The translations under genes and the position numbers were made by a program. DNA of 51,574 nucleotides from Betaproteobacteria bacterium (GTDB lineage Bacteria; Pseudomonadota; Gammaproteobacteria; Burkholderiales; SG8-41). The first letter of the stretch is position 1; every line of letters starts with the position of its first letter. Below are positions 26,481-39,198 of the stretch, piece after piece. Under the pieces are notes generated by a model. It was not told the origin of the DNA and searched no databases. It was given only the letters and a program-made list of their open reading frames with translations. The DNA lies in the NCBI GenBank assembly GCA_025353085.1, contig JANXRI010000212.1:1-51574 (forward strand). The letters run 5' to 3'.

Positions 26481-27821
26481 ATGGGTGCAGCGCAAACTAT
26501 AGCAGAGAGCGAATCGCGCGGATTGATCACGGCTACGCCTGCGGCGGTGCTGGCCAGCCGCTTGCGCGCGGCACGTGAGCGCACCTTGTCGCTTGCATGC
26601 GACCTCACGGGCGAACAATTGCTGGGGCCGAGGCTGGCGACCGTAAATCCGCCGCTGTGGGAGATTGCGCACCTCGCGTGGTTTCAGGAATATTGGTGCC
26701 TGCGCTATCTCGATGAGAATCATTGCGCGCCCTCGCTGATCCCGACTGCAGACTCGCTTTACGACTCGGCACGGGTGCCGCATGCCACGCGCTGGAATCT
26801 ACCGCTGCTGCCATTGGATGCAGTACTGCGCTTTCTCGATGACGTGCTCACGCGCGTGCTCAAGCGGCTCGAGCGCGAACCTGACAATGCAGGGTTGCGC
26901 TATTTCACCGAACTCGCGGCCGCGCACGAAGAGATGCATTGCGAGGCCTTTACGTACACACGCCAGACTCACGGCTATGGCGCGCCGCATCGCCAAATCA
27001 TGACGAGTCCGCAGGCAAGCGCATGCGTGGGCGATGTGGCGGTGGCGGGCGGAGATTATTTATTGGGTGCAACACCCGTCAATCAATTTGTTTTCGACAA
27101 TGAAAAGTGGGAACACCCGGTCGTTCTTAAGCCGTTCGAGATCGCGCGTGCGGCGGTGAACAATGCTGAGTTCGCCGAGTTTGTCGACGACGGCGGCTAC
27201 GCGAGAGCTGAATGGTGGTGCGAAGCCGGCCGGCAATGGCGTCAAGCGGCCGCCGCACTCGCACCGGTTTACTGGATTGAGCAAGGCGGTGAGTGGTATC
27301 ACCGCGTCTTTGACCAAGTCGTTCCCTTGCCATCTCAGGCAGCCGTCATTCACATAAACTGGTACGAAGCCGACGCCTGGTGCAGGTGGGCTGGCCGCCG
27401 ACTGCCGACTGAGGCCGAGTGGGAACAAGCCGCGGCGACAACTTTACTAAATGCCGGTGGCACTGAAGCTAAGCGCGTATATCCGTGGGGCCATCAGTCG
27501 CCTGACGGCTTACATGCGAATCTCTATGGTGTCTCGGGCTCAGTCGCGCCCGTTGGCGCATTTGAAACCGGCGACAGCGCGTGGGGTTGCCGCCAGATGC
27601 TTGGCAACGTGTGGGAGTGGACTGCCGACTGGTTCACTCCCTATCCGGGTTTCGAACGCGACCCGTACCAGGAATATTCGGAGCCATGGTTCGGGAATCA
27701 TAAGGTGCTGCGTGGCGGGTGCTTTGCAACGACCCCTGCGCTGTTGCGCAACACCTGGCGCAATTTTTATACGCCAGACAGGCGCGACGTGTTCGCCGGC
27801 TTTCGCACGTGCGCCCGATGA
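26481..27821 (+). CDS. EgtB-like non-heme-iron C-S/C-Se bond-forming enzyme (DinB-like N-domain + FGE-sulfatase C-domain); candidate SenA
   Basis: The DinB-like N-domain carries NPPLWEIAHLAWFQEYW and AAHEEMHCEAF. The FGE-sulfatase domain carries GNVWEWTADW, VLRGGCFAT and AGFRTC. No OvoA-type C-terminal methyltransferase domain is present. Confidence 0.8.
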   Translation: MGAAQTIAESESRGLITATPAAVLASRLRAARERTLSLACDLTGEQLLGPRLATVNPPLWEIAHLAWFQEYWCLRYLDENHCAPSLIPTADSLYDSARVPHATRWNLPLLPLDAVLRFLDDVLTRVLKRLEREPDNAGLRYFTELAAAHEEMHCEAFTYTRQTHGYGAPHRQIMTSPQASACVGDVAVAGGDYLLGATPVNQFVFDNEKWEHPVVLKPFEIARAAVNNAEFAEFVDDGGYARAEWWCEAGRQWRQAAAALAPVYWIEQGGEWYHRVFDQVVPLPSQAAVIHINWYEADAWCRWAGRRLPTEAEWEQAAATTLLNAGGTEAKRVYPWGHQSPDGLHANLYGVSGSVAPVGAFETGDSAWGCRQMLGNVWEWTADWFTPYPGFERDPYQEYSEPWFGNHKVLRGGCFATTPALLRNTWRNFYTPDRRDVFAGFRTCAR

Positions 27822-28612
27822 AGAGGATAGTGTCCGCCGATAACACGCGATTCAGGGCTTTGCTCAAACTTGCGGAATCGTCGCGCGAGCGCAAGACGCT
27901 CGGTTTGTCACTGCTCGACGGCACTCATCTCGTCGCTGCCTATCGCGAACACGTCGGTCTGCCGGATGAGCTGGTCATCAGCGACAGCGGAGCGACGAAT
28001 CCCGAAGTGAAGGCTCTCGTTGAAGCTCTCGCGCCCGTCGCGCCTCTGGTGCTCTCGGCTCAACTTTTTCATCAGCTCTCGACTGTCGCCACGCCAACCG
28101 GCATCCTGGCGGTAGTCAAGACACCGCGGCCGCCAGCCGTGCCCGCGCAACTGGCAGCGTGCGTGCTACTCGAGGATATTCAGGATCCCGGCAATCTCGG
28201 TTCGCTATTGCGTTCAGCGGCTGCCGCGGGCATGGCGCATGTTTTTATTTCAAAGTCGTCGGTTCAGGCGTGGTCGCCGCGCGTGCTGCGGGCCGGCATG
28301 GGCGCGCACTTCATGCTGAAGATTTATGAGCAATGCGATTTGATTGAGCTGGTGCCTACATTGCAGGCACGCGTAATCGCGACCAGCCATCGCGCGCAAA
28401 AGTCGGTGTTCGACACTAATCTGACGGGGCAGGTCGCCTTGATGTTCGGCAACGAGGGCACCGGGTTGTCGACCGAGCTGATGGCGGCTGCACAGGAGGT
28501 CGTTTCGATACCGATGCCGGGGAACGCTGAATCACTGAATATCGCCGCCGCTGCGGCTGTTTGTTTGTTCGAGCGCGTCCGTCAGCAACACGCGGCAAGC
28601 CGGCGTCAATAG
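27818..28612 (+). CDS. TrmH/SpoU-family RNA 2'-O-methyltransferase
   Basis: SpoU motifs LEDIQDPGNLGSLLRSAAAAG, MFGNEGTGLS and IPMPGNAESLNIAAAAAVCLFE. ATG 27818 overlaps the upstream stop in an ATGA. Confidence 0.88.
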   Translation: MKRIVSADNTRFRALLKLAESSRERKTLGLSLLDGTHLVAAYREHVGLPDELVISDSGATNPEVKALVEALAPVAPLVLSAQLFHQLSTVATPTGILAVVKTPRPPAVPAQLAACVLLEDIQDPGNLGSLLRSAAAAGMAHVFISKSSVQAWSPRVLRAGMGAHFMLKIYEQCDLIELVPTLQARVIATSHRAQKSVFDTNLTGQVALMFGNEGTGLSTELMAAAQEVVSIPMPGNAESLNIAAAAAVCLFERVRQQHAASRRQ

Positions 28613-29430
28613 ACGCGGCGGACGAGATTCGCCTGCTGCAATATCGTCGTCGCGAGTTCCTCGACCGATTTGCTCGTCACATCCAGGTAGGGAATTCCTT
28701 CCTGGCGCATCAGCGCTTCAGCTTCGCGTACTTCGAATTCACAGTTGGTGCGCGTGGCGTAGGTGCTGCCGGGGCGCCGCTCGTTACGAATTTTTTCCAG
28801 CCGGTCGGGTTTGATGGTGAGACCGAACAGTCGCTTGCGCAGTGACTTGACCTGGCCCGGCAACTGCATGCTGGCAAAATCTTCAGGCACGAGTGGATAG
28901 TTCGCGGCGCGAATGCCAAATTGCATCGCGAGATAGAGGCATGTAGGTGTTTTCCCACAGCGCGACACGCCGACCAAAATCACATCGGCGTCAGCAAGAT
29001 CGCGCGTGGACACTCCGTCATCATGACTGAGTGAATAATTTACCGCTTCCATTCGATGATGATAGTTGGCGAAATCGGTGGCGCTGTGCGAGCGGCCGAC
29101 CGCGTGCGACGCGAGGACGCCGAGTTCTTTTTCCATTGGCAGAATGAATATGTCAAAGCAATCAAGGAACAGTGCGCTAGCGGTGGCGACGACGCTCGAC
29201 AGTTCCTGATTGACTAGCGTGCTGAAAATGAGCGGACGTGTGCCATCTTTGGCGCCCTGGTCATTTATTTGCTTGACGGCAGCATTTGCCTTTTCAATTG
29301 AATCAACGAAGGGCAAAGTCACCTCGTTGAATGACACCATTTCAAACTGCGTGAGCAGACTGTGCCCGAGCATCTCGGCGGTGATGCCGGTGCGGTCGGA
29401 GATGAAAAAGGCAGAGCGCTTTTGCGGCAT
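28606..29430 (-). CDS. ppsR: Phosphoenolpyruvate synthase regulatory protein (PSRP, DUF299 kinase/pyrophosphorylase)
   Basis: [25 protein letters not shown]-terminus and P-loop [12 protein letters not shown]. It is divergent from ppsA. The start is placed at ATG 29430. Confidence 0.9.
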   Translation of the reverse strand: MPQKRSAFFISDRTGITAEMLGHSLLTQFEMVSFNEVTLPFVDSIEKANAAVKQINDQGAKDGTRPLIFSTLVNQELSSVVATASALFLDCFDIFILPMEKELGVLASHAVGRSHSATDFANYHHRMEAVNYSLSHDDGVSTRDLADADVILVGVSRCGKTPTCLYLAMQFGIRAANYPLVPEDFASMQLPGQVKSLRKRLFGLTIKPDRLEKIRNERRPGSTYATRTNCEFEVREAEALMRQEGIPYLDVTSKSVEELATTILQQANLVRRVY

Positions 29431-29503
29431 TGCAATGGTCAATGGAAACAGAACCGGTAAAATAGCTTTTTTTGATGCTTTGCACAAATTAAATAGGATG
29501 CCC

Positions 29504-31900
29504 ATGAGTAAGGATCAATATGTCATCCCGTTCGAAAACCTTCGCATGCACGACGTCGGACGCGTGGGCGGCAAAAATGCTTCATTAGGAGAAATGATCG
29601 GTCAGCTGGCGGGCGCCGGCGTGCGCGTGCCGGGCGGTTTCGCGACGACGGCGGATGCCTATCGCGAATTTCTCGCTCATGAGGGTCTCGACAATCGCAT
29701 AGAAGAGAAGCTTCGCACGTTGAACGTGGATGATGTCAATGCGCTCGCCGCGGCAGGCGGCGAAATCCGCGCCTGGATTACTGCGCAACCTTTTCCGGGA
29801 CAGCTTGAGCAGGACATCGCCGCCGCCTATGAGACGTTGCAGCACGGCGCGAATGGCGATTTGTCAGTCGCAGTGCGCTCATCGGCGACTGCCGAAGACC
29901 TGCCCGATGCATCGTTCGCCGGCCAGCAGGAAACCTTTCTCAACATTCACGGGCTTTCAAGCGTGCTCGACGCGGTCAAGCACGTGTTTGCATCGCTCTA
30001 CAACGATCGCGCGATTTCCTATCGCGTGCACAAGAATTTCATCCACGCCGATGTCGCATTGTCCGCCGGCATTCAGCGCATGGTGCGCAGCGATCTCGCG
30101 GCGAGCGGCGTCATGTTTACGCTCGATACGGAATCAGGATTCGACCAGGTCGTGTTCATTACGTCTGCCTACGGCCTCGGCGAAACGGTGGTGCAGGGGC
30201 AGGTCAATCCCGATGAGTTTTACGTGTATAAACCGGCGCTGGTTCAAGGCAAAAAATCAATCATCCGCCGAAATCTGGGCTCCAAGGCGCTGCGCATGAC
30301 GTTTACGGATTCGCGCGCTGCTGGTAAATCGGTGCGCACGGACGAAGTGCCCGAGCCCGAGCGGCGCCGTTTTTCGATTAGCGATGCGGACGTCGAGGAG
30401 CTCGCGCGCTCTGCACTCATCATCGAGCAGCACTACAAACGCGCGATGGACATCGAATGGGGCCGCGACGGTATCGACGGCAAACTTTATATTTTGCAGG
30501 CCCGTCCGGAGACCGTTAAAGCAAGCGAGAAAGTCGATACCCTGCGCCGTTACCGGCTTAAGCAGCGGTCTGACGTCCTTGCATCCGGACGTGCAATTGG
30601 CCAACGAGTCGGTTCGGGACCGGTCAAGCTGGTGCAAAGCGCGGCTGAAATGGATCGAGTGCAGCCGGGCGACGTGCTGGTGACGGATATGACCGATCCC
30701 GACTGGGAACCGGTCATGAAGCGCGCATCGGCGATCATCACGAACCGTGGCGGGCGCACCTGTCATGCCGCGATTATCGCGCGCGAACTTGGCATTCCGG
30801 CAGTCGTCGGTTGCGGCGATGCAACTCGCGTGCTGAAAGAAGGGCGATCGGTGACTGTGTCGTGCGCGGAAGGCGATACCGGCTTTGTCTACCGCGGCAT
30901 TCTGGAAGTGGAAGTCATCGACCTTTCGCTTGAGGCAATGCCCAAGGCGCCGCTCAAAATAACGATGAATGTCGGTAACCCGGAACTTGCGTTCGAGTTC
31001 CAGCGCCTGCCCAACGACGGGGTGGGCCTGGCGCGACTCGAGTTCATCATTGCGCGCATGATAGGCGTGCATCCCAAGGCGGTGCTTGCTTATCCGGATT
31101 TGCCCGGCGATCTCAAAATCGCGGTCGAGCAACACGCGGCGGGTTACGCAAACCCAGTCGAGTTTTATGTCGAAAAATTGTGTGAAGGCGTGGTGACTCT
31201 CGGCGCCGCGTTCTGGCCAAAGCCGGTGATCGTGCGCCTGTCGGATTTTAAATCCAACGAATACTCGAGTTTGACCGGCGGCTCCAAATACGAGCCGCAC
31301 GAAGAAAACCCGATGCTGGGTTTTCGCGGCGCGTCGCGCTATATCGCGGCGGCATTCCGCGACTGCTTCGAGCTGGAGTGCCGCGCGATGAAAAAAGTGC
31401 GCGACGAAATGGGCTTGACCAACGTGGAGCTTATGGTGCCGTTCGTGCGCACCGTCGGGGAAGCCAGGCAGGTTATCGAGTTACTGGCCCACAACGGCTT
31501 GAAGCGCGGCGAAAACGGGCTGCGCATAATAATGATGTGCGAGATACCGTCGAACGCGATTCTCGCCGACCAATTCCTCGAGCACTTCGACGGCTTCTCG
31601 ATCGGCTCCAACGACATGACGCAGATGACGCTCGCGCTCGACCGCGACTCAGGGATCATCGCCGAAGGTTTCGACGAGCGTGATCCCGCGGTCAAGCACA
31701 TGCTGCATCTGGCAATCCAGGCCTGCCGCAAGGCGGGCAAGTATGTCGGCATCTGCGGGCAGGGTCCCTCCGACCATCCGGACCTTGCAAAATGGTTGAT
31801 GGAGGAGGGCATCGGCAGCTTGTCACTCAATCCCGACACGGTGGTCGAAACCTGGCTCTATCTCGCGAGCGAAGCGAAGAAATCAGCGACTCCAATATGA
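29504..31900 (+). CDS. ppsA: Phosphoenolpyruvate synthase
   Basis: Motif [15 protein letters not shown] and the phospho-His region [24 protein letters not shown], with a PEP-utilising C-terminal domain. ATG 29504 follows AGGA; the track start at 29210 is an over-extension antisense to ppsR. Confidence 0.96.
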   Translation: MSKDQYVIPFENLRMHDVGRVGGKNASLGEMIGQLAGAGVRVPGGFATTADAYREFLAHEGLDNRIEEKLRTLNVDDVNALAAAGGEIRAWITAQPFPGQLEQDIAAAYETLQHGANGDLSVAVRSSATAEDLPDASFAGQQETFLNIHGLSSVLDAVKHVFASLYNDRAISYRVHKNFIHADVALSAGIQRMVRSDLAASGVMFTLDTESGFDQVVFITSAYGLGETVVQGQVNPDEFYVYKPALVQGKKSIIRRNLGSKALRMTFTDSRAAGKSVRTDEVPEPERRRFSISDADVEELARSALIIEQHYKRAMDIEWGRDGIDGKLYILQARPETVKASEKVDTLRRYRLKQRSDVLASGRAIGQRVGSGPVKLVQSAAEMDRVQPGDVLVTDMTDPDWEPVMKRASAIITNRGGRTCHAAIIARELGIPAVVGCGDATRVLKEGRSVTVSCAEGDTGFVYRGILEVEVIDLSLEAMPKAPLKITMNVGNPELAFEFQRLPNDGVGLARLEFIIARMIGVHPKAVLAYPDLPGDLKIAVEQHAAGYANPVEFYVEKLCEGVVTLGAAFWPKPVIVRLSDFKSNEYSSLTGGSKYEPHEENPMLGFRGASRYIAAAFRDCFELECRAMKKVRDEMGLTNVELMVPFVRTVGEARQVIELLAHNGLKRGENGLRIIMMCEIPSNAILADQFLEHFDGFSIGSNDMTQMTLALDRDSGIIAEGFDERDPAVKHMLHLAIQACRKAGKYVGICGQGPSDHPDLAKWLMEEGIGSLSLNPDTVVETWLYLASEAKKSATPI

Positions 31901-31929
31901 AGCGGACGCGCGAATTTCATTGAGTGTGA

Positions 31930-33657
<1,728 letters not shown>

Positions 33658-33794
33658 CGCGCCGTGAAGCTGTGCGGATTCGAAGTCGGGCTTGACCGAC
33701 CGATCTTTTTAATAGCAGGAGCGGCGCGGACTCGGCGCGCGCAGCGGGGGCGGGTAGCGGCCTTGCGCCTGCGGTGTTCGCCGAAGCGGCACTT

Positions 33795-35929
<2,135 letters not shown>

Positions 35930-35947
35930 TAGGGTGACGGGCACAGC

Positions 35948-36247
35948 GTGAAACTCGTAACCCTCGCGCTGATTGCCTTGATCGCTCTGCTTCAGCATCC
36001 GCTATGGCTCGGCAAAGGCAGTTGGTTGCGCGTATGGGACGTTGATCAGCAGGTGCGCGCGCAACGCGAGACCAACCAAAAGCTCGTGATGCGTAACGCA
36101 GCGCTTGATGCCGAAGTGCGCGATTTAAAACAGGGGCTCGATGCAATTGAAGAACGCGCGCGCAGCGAACTGGGCATGATCAAGCGCGACGAAATCTTCT
36201 TCCAGATGCTGGAGGAGCGCCAGCCGCCCACTGCGTCGCAACCCTGA
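35948..36247 (+). CDS. ftsB: Cell division protein FtsB
   Basis: 99 aa with an N-terminal TM helix ([13 protein letters not shown]) and a coiled coil ([21 protein letters not shown]...ARSELGMI). It sits in the conserved position after eno. Confidence 0.85.
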   Translation: MKLVTLALIALIALLQHPLWLGKGSWLRVWDVDQQVRAQRETNQKLVMRNAALDAEVRDLKQGLDAIEERARSELGMIKRDEIFFQMLEERQPPTASQP

Positions 36248-36257
36248 GCCGCACGCG

Positions 36258-37133
36258 TTACTGCGCGGGGTAATTCGCCCCGATGCCGACACTGCGTTCA
36301 GCGGCAGTCACGGTATTTTCGAGCAACATGGCCACCGTCATGCGCCCAACGCCACCCGGTACCGGCGTGATGCGCGAAGCGACCTGGCTTGCCGATGCAA
36401 AATCGACATCGCCGACCAATTTGCCGTCCGGCAGACGATTGATGCCAACGTCGATCACCACTGCGCCCGGTTTGATCATGGAGCCATCGACGAGACCTGG
36501 GCGGCCCACCGCCACCGCGAGAATATCGGCCATCGACGTGTACTGCCGCAAGTCAGCAGTTTTGGAACTGCACACGCTGACGGTCGCGCCGCGCGCAATC
36601 AACATGAGCGCCAGCGGCTTGCCGACGATTGCGCTGCGCCCGATCACGACTGCGTTGCGGCCTTCGATCGGCACCTGCGCATAATCGAGGATTGTCATCA
36701 CGCCCAGCGGCGTGCACGGCGCGAGCAGCGTATGCCCGGCAACCATCGCGCCCAGATTTACCCAATTGAAACCGTCGACATCCTTGGCGGGCGCGATGCC
36801 CTGCAGAATGCGCTCGGAATTCAGGTGCGCAGGCAGCGGTAATTGCACGAGTATGCCGTGAAGACGCGGATTCGCGTTTAACGCCTGCAGCCTCCTAACG
36901 ACCTCGTCCTCGCTGCAGTCCGCCGGAAACCGGAGAATCTCCGAATGCACGCCGACGACCTCGCACGCCTGCGCTTTGTTCTTCAAATAAATTCGCGACG
37001 CTGAATTTTCTCCGATCAGAATCACAGCAAGACCAGGTTGGACGCCGCGGACATGCAGGCGTTGAATGCGCTCTTTAAGCTGCGCATATACTCTTTGGGC
37101 GATGACAGCCCCATCCAGCAATGTCGCGGCCAT
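36258..37133 (-). CDS. folD: Bifunctional methylenetetrahydrofolate dehydrogenase/methenyl-THF cyclohydrolase
   Basis: Motifs LAVILIGENSASRIYLKNK, VVIGRSAIVGKPLALML and TPVPGGVGRMTVAMLL. Confidence 0.96.
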   Translation of the reverse strand: MAATLLDGAVIAQRVYAQLKERIQRLHVRGVQPGLAVILIGENSASRIYLKNKAQACEVVGVHSEILRFPADCSEDEVVRRLQALNANPRLHGILVQLPLPAHLNSERILQGIAPAKDVDGFNWVNLGAMVAGHTLLAPCTPLGVMTILDYAQVPIEGRNAVVIGRSAIVGKPLALMLIARGATVSVCSSKTADLRQYTSMADILAVAVGRPGLVDGSMIKPGAVVIDVGINRLPDGKLVGDVDFASASQVASRITPVPGGVGRMTVAMLLENTVTAAERSVGIGANYPAQ

Positions 37134-37376
37134 GCTTATTTGCTTACTGCTGACAGCTGCGCATAAGTTGCGTGACGGCGGGTGCGGGACGGGACGGCCG
37201 CAGGCGGCGGAGATTGCATCGTGAATCGGCTGCTAACTGCAATTGTTTAGGCATTCGTGATGGCTATATGTTCGGAAGCGGCGACAGTATTGCATATCCG
37301 CGTCGGCATTGTCATCGGCAGTTATCGCCGAAATGGTATGAGCCGATTTCGAATCGGTCTTACGCTGTATGCGCGT

Positions 37377-37511
37377 TTAACACGAAAACAAATTCGCATA
37401 ACCGATCAGAAAATCGGGGCTCAGGTAAGCCGTAAAAGTCAGATACATCAGATAGGCGAGCAGCGCCGCGAGTAGAACCCACCCCAGTGGCCGGCGCGCT
37501 TGCGTGATCAT
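37377..37511 (-). CDS. Possible 44-aa hydrophobic peptide (MITQARRPLGWVLLAALLAYLMYLTFTAYLSPDFLIGYANLFSC)
   Basis: One clear TM segment, with AAGG 7 nt upstream of ATG 37511. No family was recognised. Other in-frame starts lie at 37526 and 37697. Confidence 0.25.
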   Translation of the reverse strand: MITQARRPLGWVLLAALLAYLMYLTFTAYLSPDFLIGYANLFSC

Positions 37512-37862
37512 AAAAAGGCCCTTCATTTGTCTGCGATGCGCCCATTTGCTGATCGCTGCGTGCGCAGCGGCCAGACGGCATCTGATGATGGACGGATGTA
37601 AGCGACCAAAATACCATGCGCCTGCAAAATTTCCAATGTGGAGCGGAACATACGGCATTCCTCGCTTGACCCGGTTGAGCCAATGAACGTGAAGCATTCC
37701 GTCCCATCTTTTCTATTTATAGCCGTTAACCTGCGCTAACTCTGCCGATTTTGAGTATGCCGCCATGAATGTAAGTTTTGGCCGCTGCGTCCGACGGCTG
37801 AATCCTACTGCTGAATCGGCATCTTTCGTCTGCACCCGCGTGTCGATTTTGGCGACCATCCG

Positions 37863-38162
37863 ATGGGTAGCAGTACCACGGGCGCCGATACTATTAACAG
37901 GGGGAACGGCATGGGGTCGATGCCGAGTGTTTCGAGTGACTCACCCAACAAGGGGAGCTCGGGTAGCACTGGCACCGGCGGCTCCACGACAAACCGGTCG
38001 CCGTCCTCTAAAGGGTCTTCGTCGGGCGCTACGGGCAGTACCGGCTCGAGCGGCGGGACCGGCGGCATGGGTGGCACGTCGAGCACTCGACGACTTCGGG
38101 CACCGGTAGCAGCGGTTCGCGGTAAAATTAACTCAGACGCAACACACGAGCCGCGCATCTGA
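37863..38162 (+). CDS. Gly/Ser/Thr-rich low-complexity ORF (99 aa); coding strand uncertain
   Basis: The ORF is about 70% G/S/T over its first roughly 75 codons. It is followed 26 nt later by a same-strand lipoprotein gene. The antisense Pro-rich ORF 37805-38158 shares the same wobble positions, so GC3 cannot decide the strand. Confidence 0.3.
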   Translation: MGSSTTGADTINRGNGMGSMPSVSSDSPNKGSSGSTGTGGSTTNRSPSSKGSSSGATGSTGSSGGTGGMGGTSSTRRLRAPVAAVRGKINSDATHEPRI

Positions 38163-38188
38163 AGTTCACCAACTTACATTGTCATCGC

Positions 38189-38665
38189 ATGCAACACTGG
38201 TCGGCCACGATTTACGGCGCAGCCAGTGTTGCTGCAACCGTTGTCACGTTAACGGGGTGCGGCCCCGACCCGGCGACCCGAGCCGAAATGAGTCGTCAGG
38301 TCGACGGCCTACGTTCCGTTCAACAATCGCAATCCTTCGATTCCGAAGTCAACGCTGAAAAAATCGCCCGCGATATCGTGGGGAAGGTCGTGCGCGTTTC
38401 GCAGTCGTCGGGAATGGGCGGCGGGAACGAGTGGACATTCGATGCCGATGAATTTCGACGCGTCGTGATTCTCGAGGCAAAAGATACGCCAAAAGGACGG
38501 GCGCTCGTCATATACGTGACGACTCAAAATAATCCAGCCGCAAACGAAGAGCAGGTTCAAGTTTCTGGAAAGCTCCAACTTGATTATGATCGGCAAGCCG
38601 GCAATTGGGTGTTGACCGGGATCGAAAATCTGAGTTTTCGCTATACGGTTGGCGTCAGTACCTGA
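38189..38665 (+). CDS. Putative lipoprotein, unknown family
   Basis: Signal peptide with a lipobox: AASVAATVVTLTG|CGPD (L-T-G-C). The mature part is about 135 aa and has ordinary composition. Confidence 0.6.
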   Translation: MQHWSATIYGAASVAATVVTLTGCGPDPATRAEMSRQVDGLRSVQQSQSFDSEVNAEKIARDIVGKVVRVSQSSGMGGGNEWTFDADEFRRVVILEAKDTPKGRALVIYVTTQNNPAANEEQVQVSGKLQLDYDRQAGNWVLTGIENLSFRYTVGVST

Positions 38666-38795
38666 TTTGTCTCATCGCCCCAGGCAGTCTTTGACGGAGC
38701 GACATTCGGCGCATCGAGTAAAATAGTTGCGTGGTTTGATGGTCGTTGCCATCATCAGCCGATTGATGCGGTGAGCGGTTGGCGGCGGCGTTCAA

Positions 38796-38950
38796 ATCGC
38801 CCTTGATTCCCATTTCCTTGAGTAGTTTTCCCCATTTCGTAATTTCATTTGCGATGAAGGCGCTGTTTCGCGAGGCGTGGTGCCGCCGGCACTAACGGTA
38901 GCCGGGCAGAGTGCCAACCTCGCTTCCAGCGCGCCGTTATGCATGTTTGA
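38796..38950 (-). pseudogene. Probable eroded C-terminal remnant of a Bug/TctC-family periplasmic solute-binding protein
   Basis: The minus strand reads ...GGTTPRETA in one frame. One nucleotide later, in the adjacent frame, it reads SAFIANEITKWGKLLKEMGIKGD. Joined, these resemble the TPEEFAAFIxAEIxKWxKVVKxAGIK end typical of Bug proteins. There is no start codon and no upstream body. Confidence 0.35.
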
Positions 38951-39198
38951 GCGCGACGAGGCCTAATTAGGCCGGATCTGTCCAAATTTCTCAGTCAGCT
39001 TTAATCGCGCAAGAACTGAGTGGTCTGACAATGCGTTACGCATAGCTGCTGAGGGGGCAAGAGAGGCATTGAATGGCGAACCAGGCTGACAGCTCGGTGT
39101 CGAAGATAAGTATTCGCACGCGATGTGTCCTGAAAACTCGACTGGAGGCGTCACGCTGGGTGCTGTGCCGTATCGGCAACCGGCGGGCGAAAATAACT

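Noticed and set aside
26481-27821. Considered calling the DinB + FGE-sulfatase gene ovoA or canonical egtB.
   Set aside because: There is no C-terminal SAM-methyltransferase domain, which argues against OvoA. There are no adjacent egtD/egtC genes, and the partner is a glycosyltransferase, which argues against a classical ergothioneine locus. The call is left as EgtB-like/SenA-candidate pending a family-level search.
29210-29503. N-terminal over-extensions in the ORF track: ppsA from 29210, eno from 34277, the glycosyltransferase up to 26783, rseP from 17114, rpsB from 11227, pyrH from 12969, frr from 13685, the TrmH-family gene from 27719, yceD from 47668 and rluC from 43263.
   Set aside because: In each case the extension overlaps a neighbouring gene or has junk-like composition. 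An internal start reproduces the canonical family N-terminus, often with a Shine-Dalgarno sequence or a stop/start overlap. The shorter coordinates were used.
37765-38109. Third open frame across the low-complexity locus (114 aa, Arg/Ala-rich).
   Set aside because: The composition (RRLNPT...RGARVALAPAAPRQTGRRPLKGLRRALRAVPARAAG) is typical of an off-frame reading of GC-rich DNA. There is no start context.
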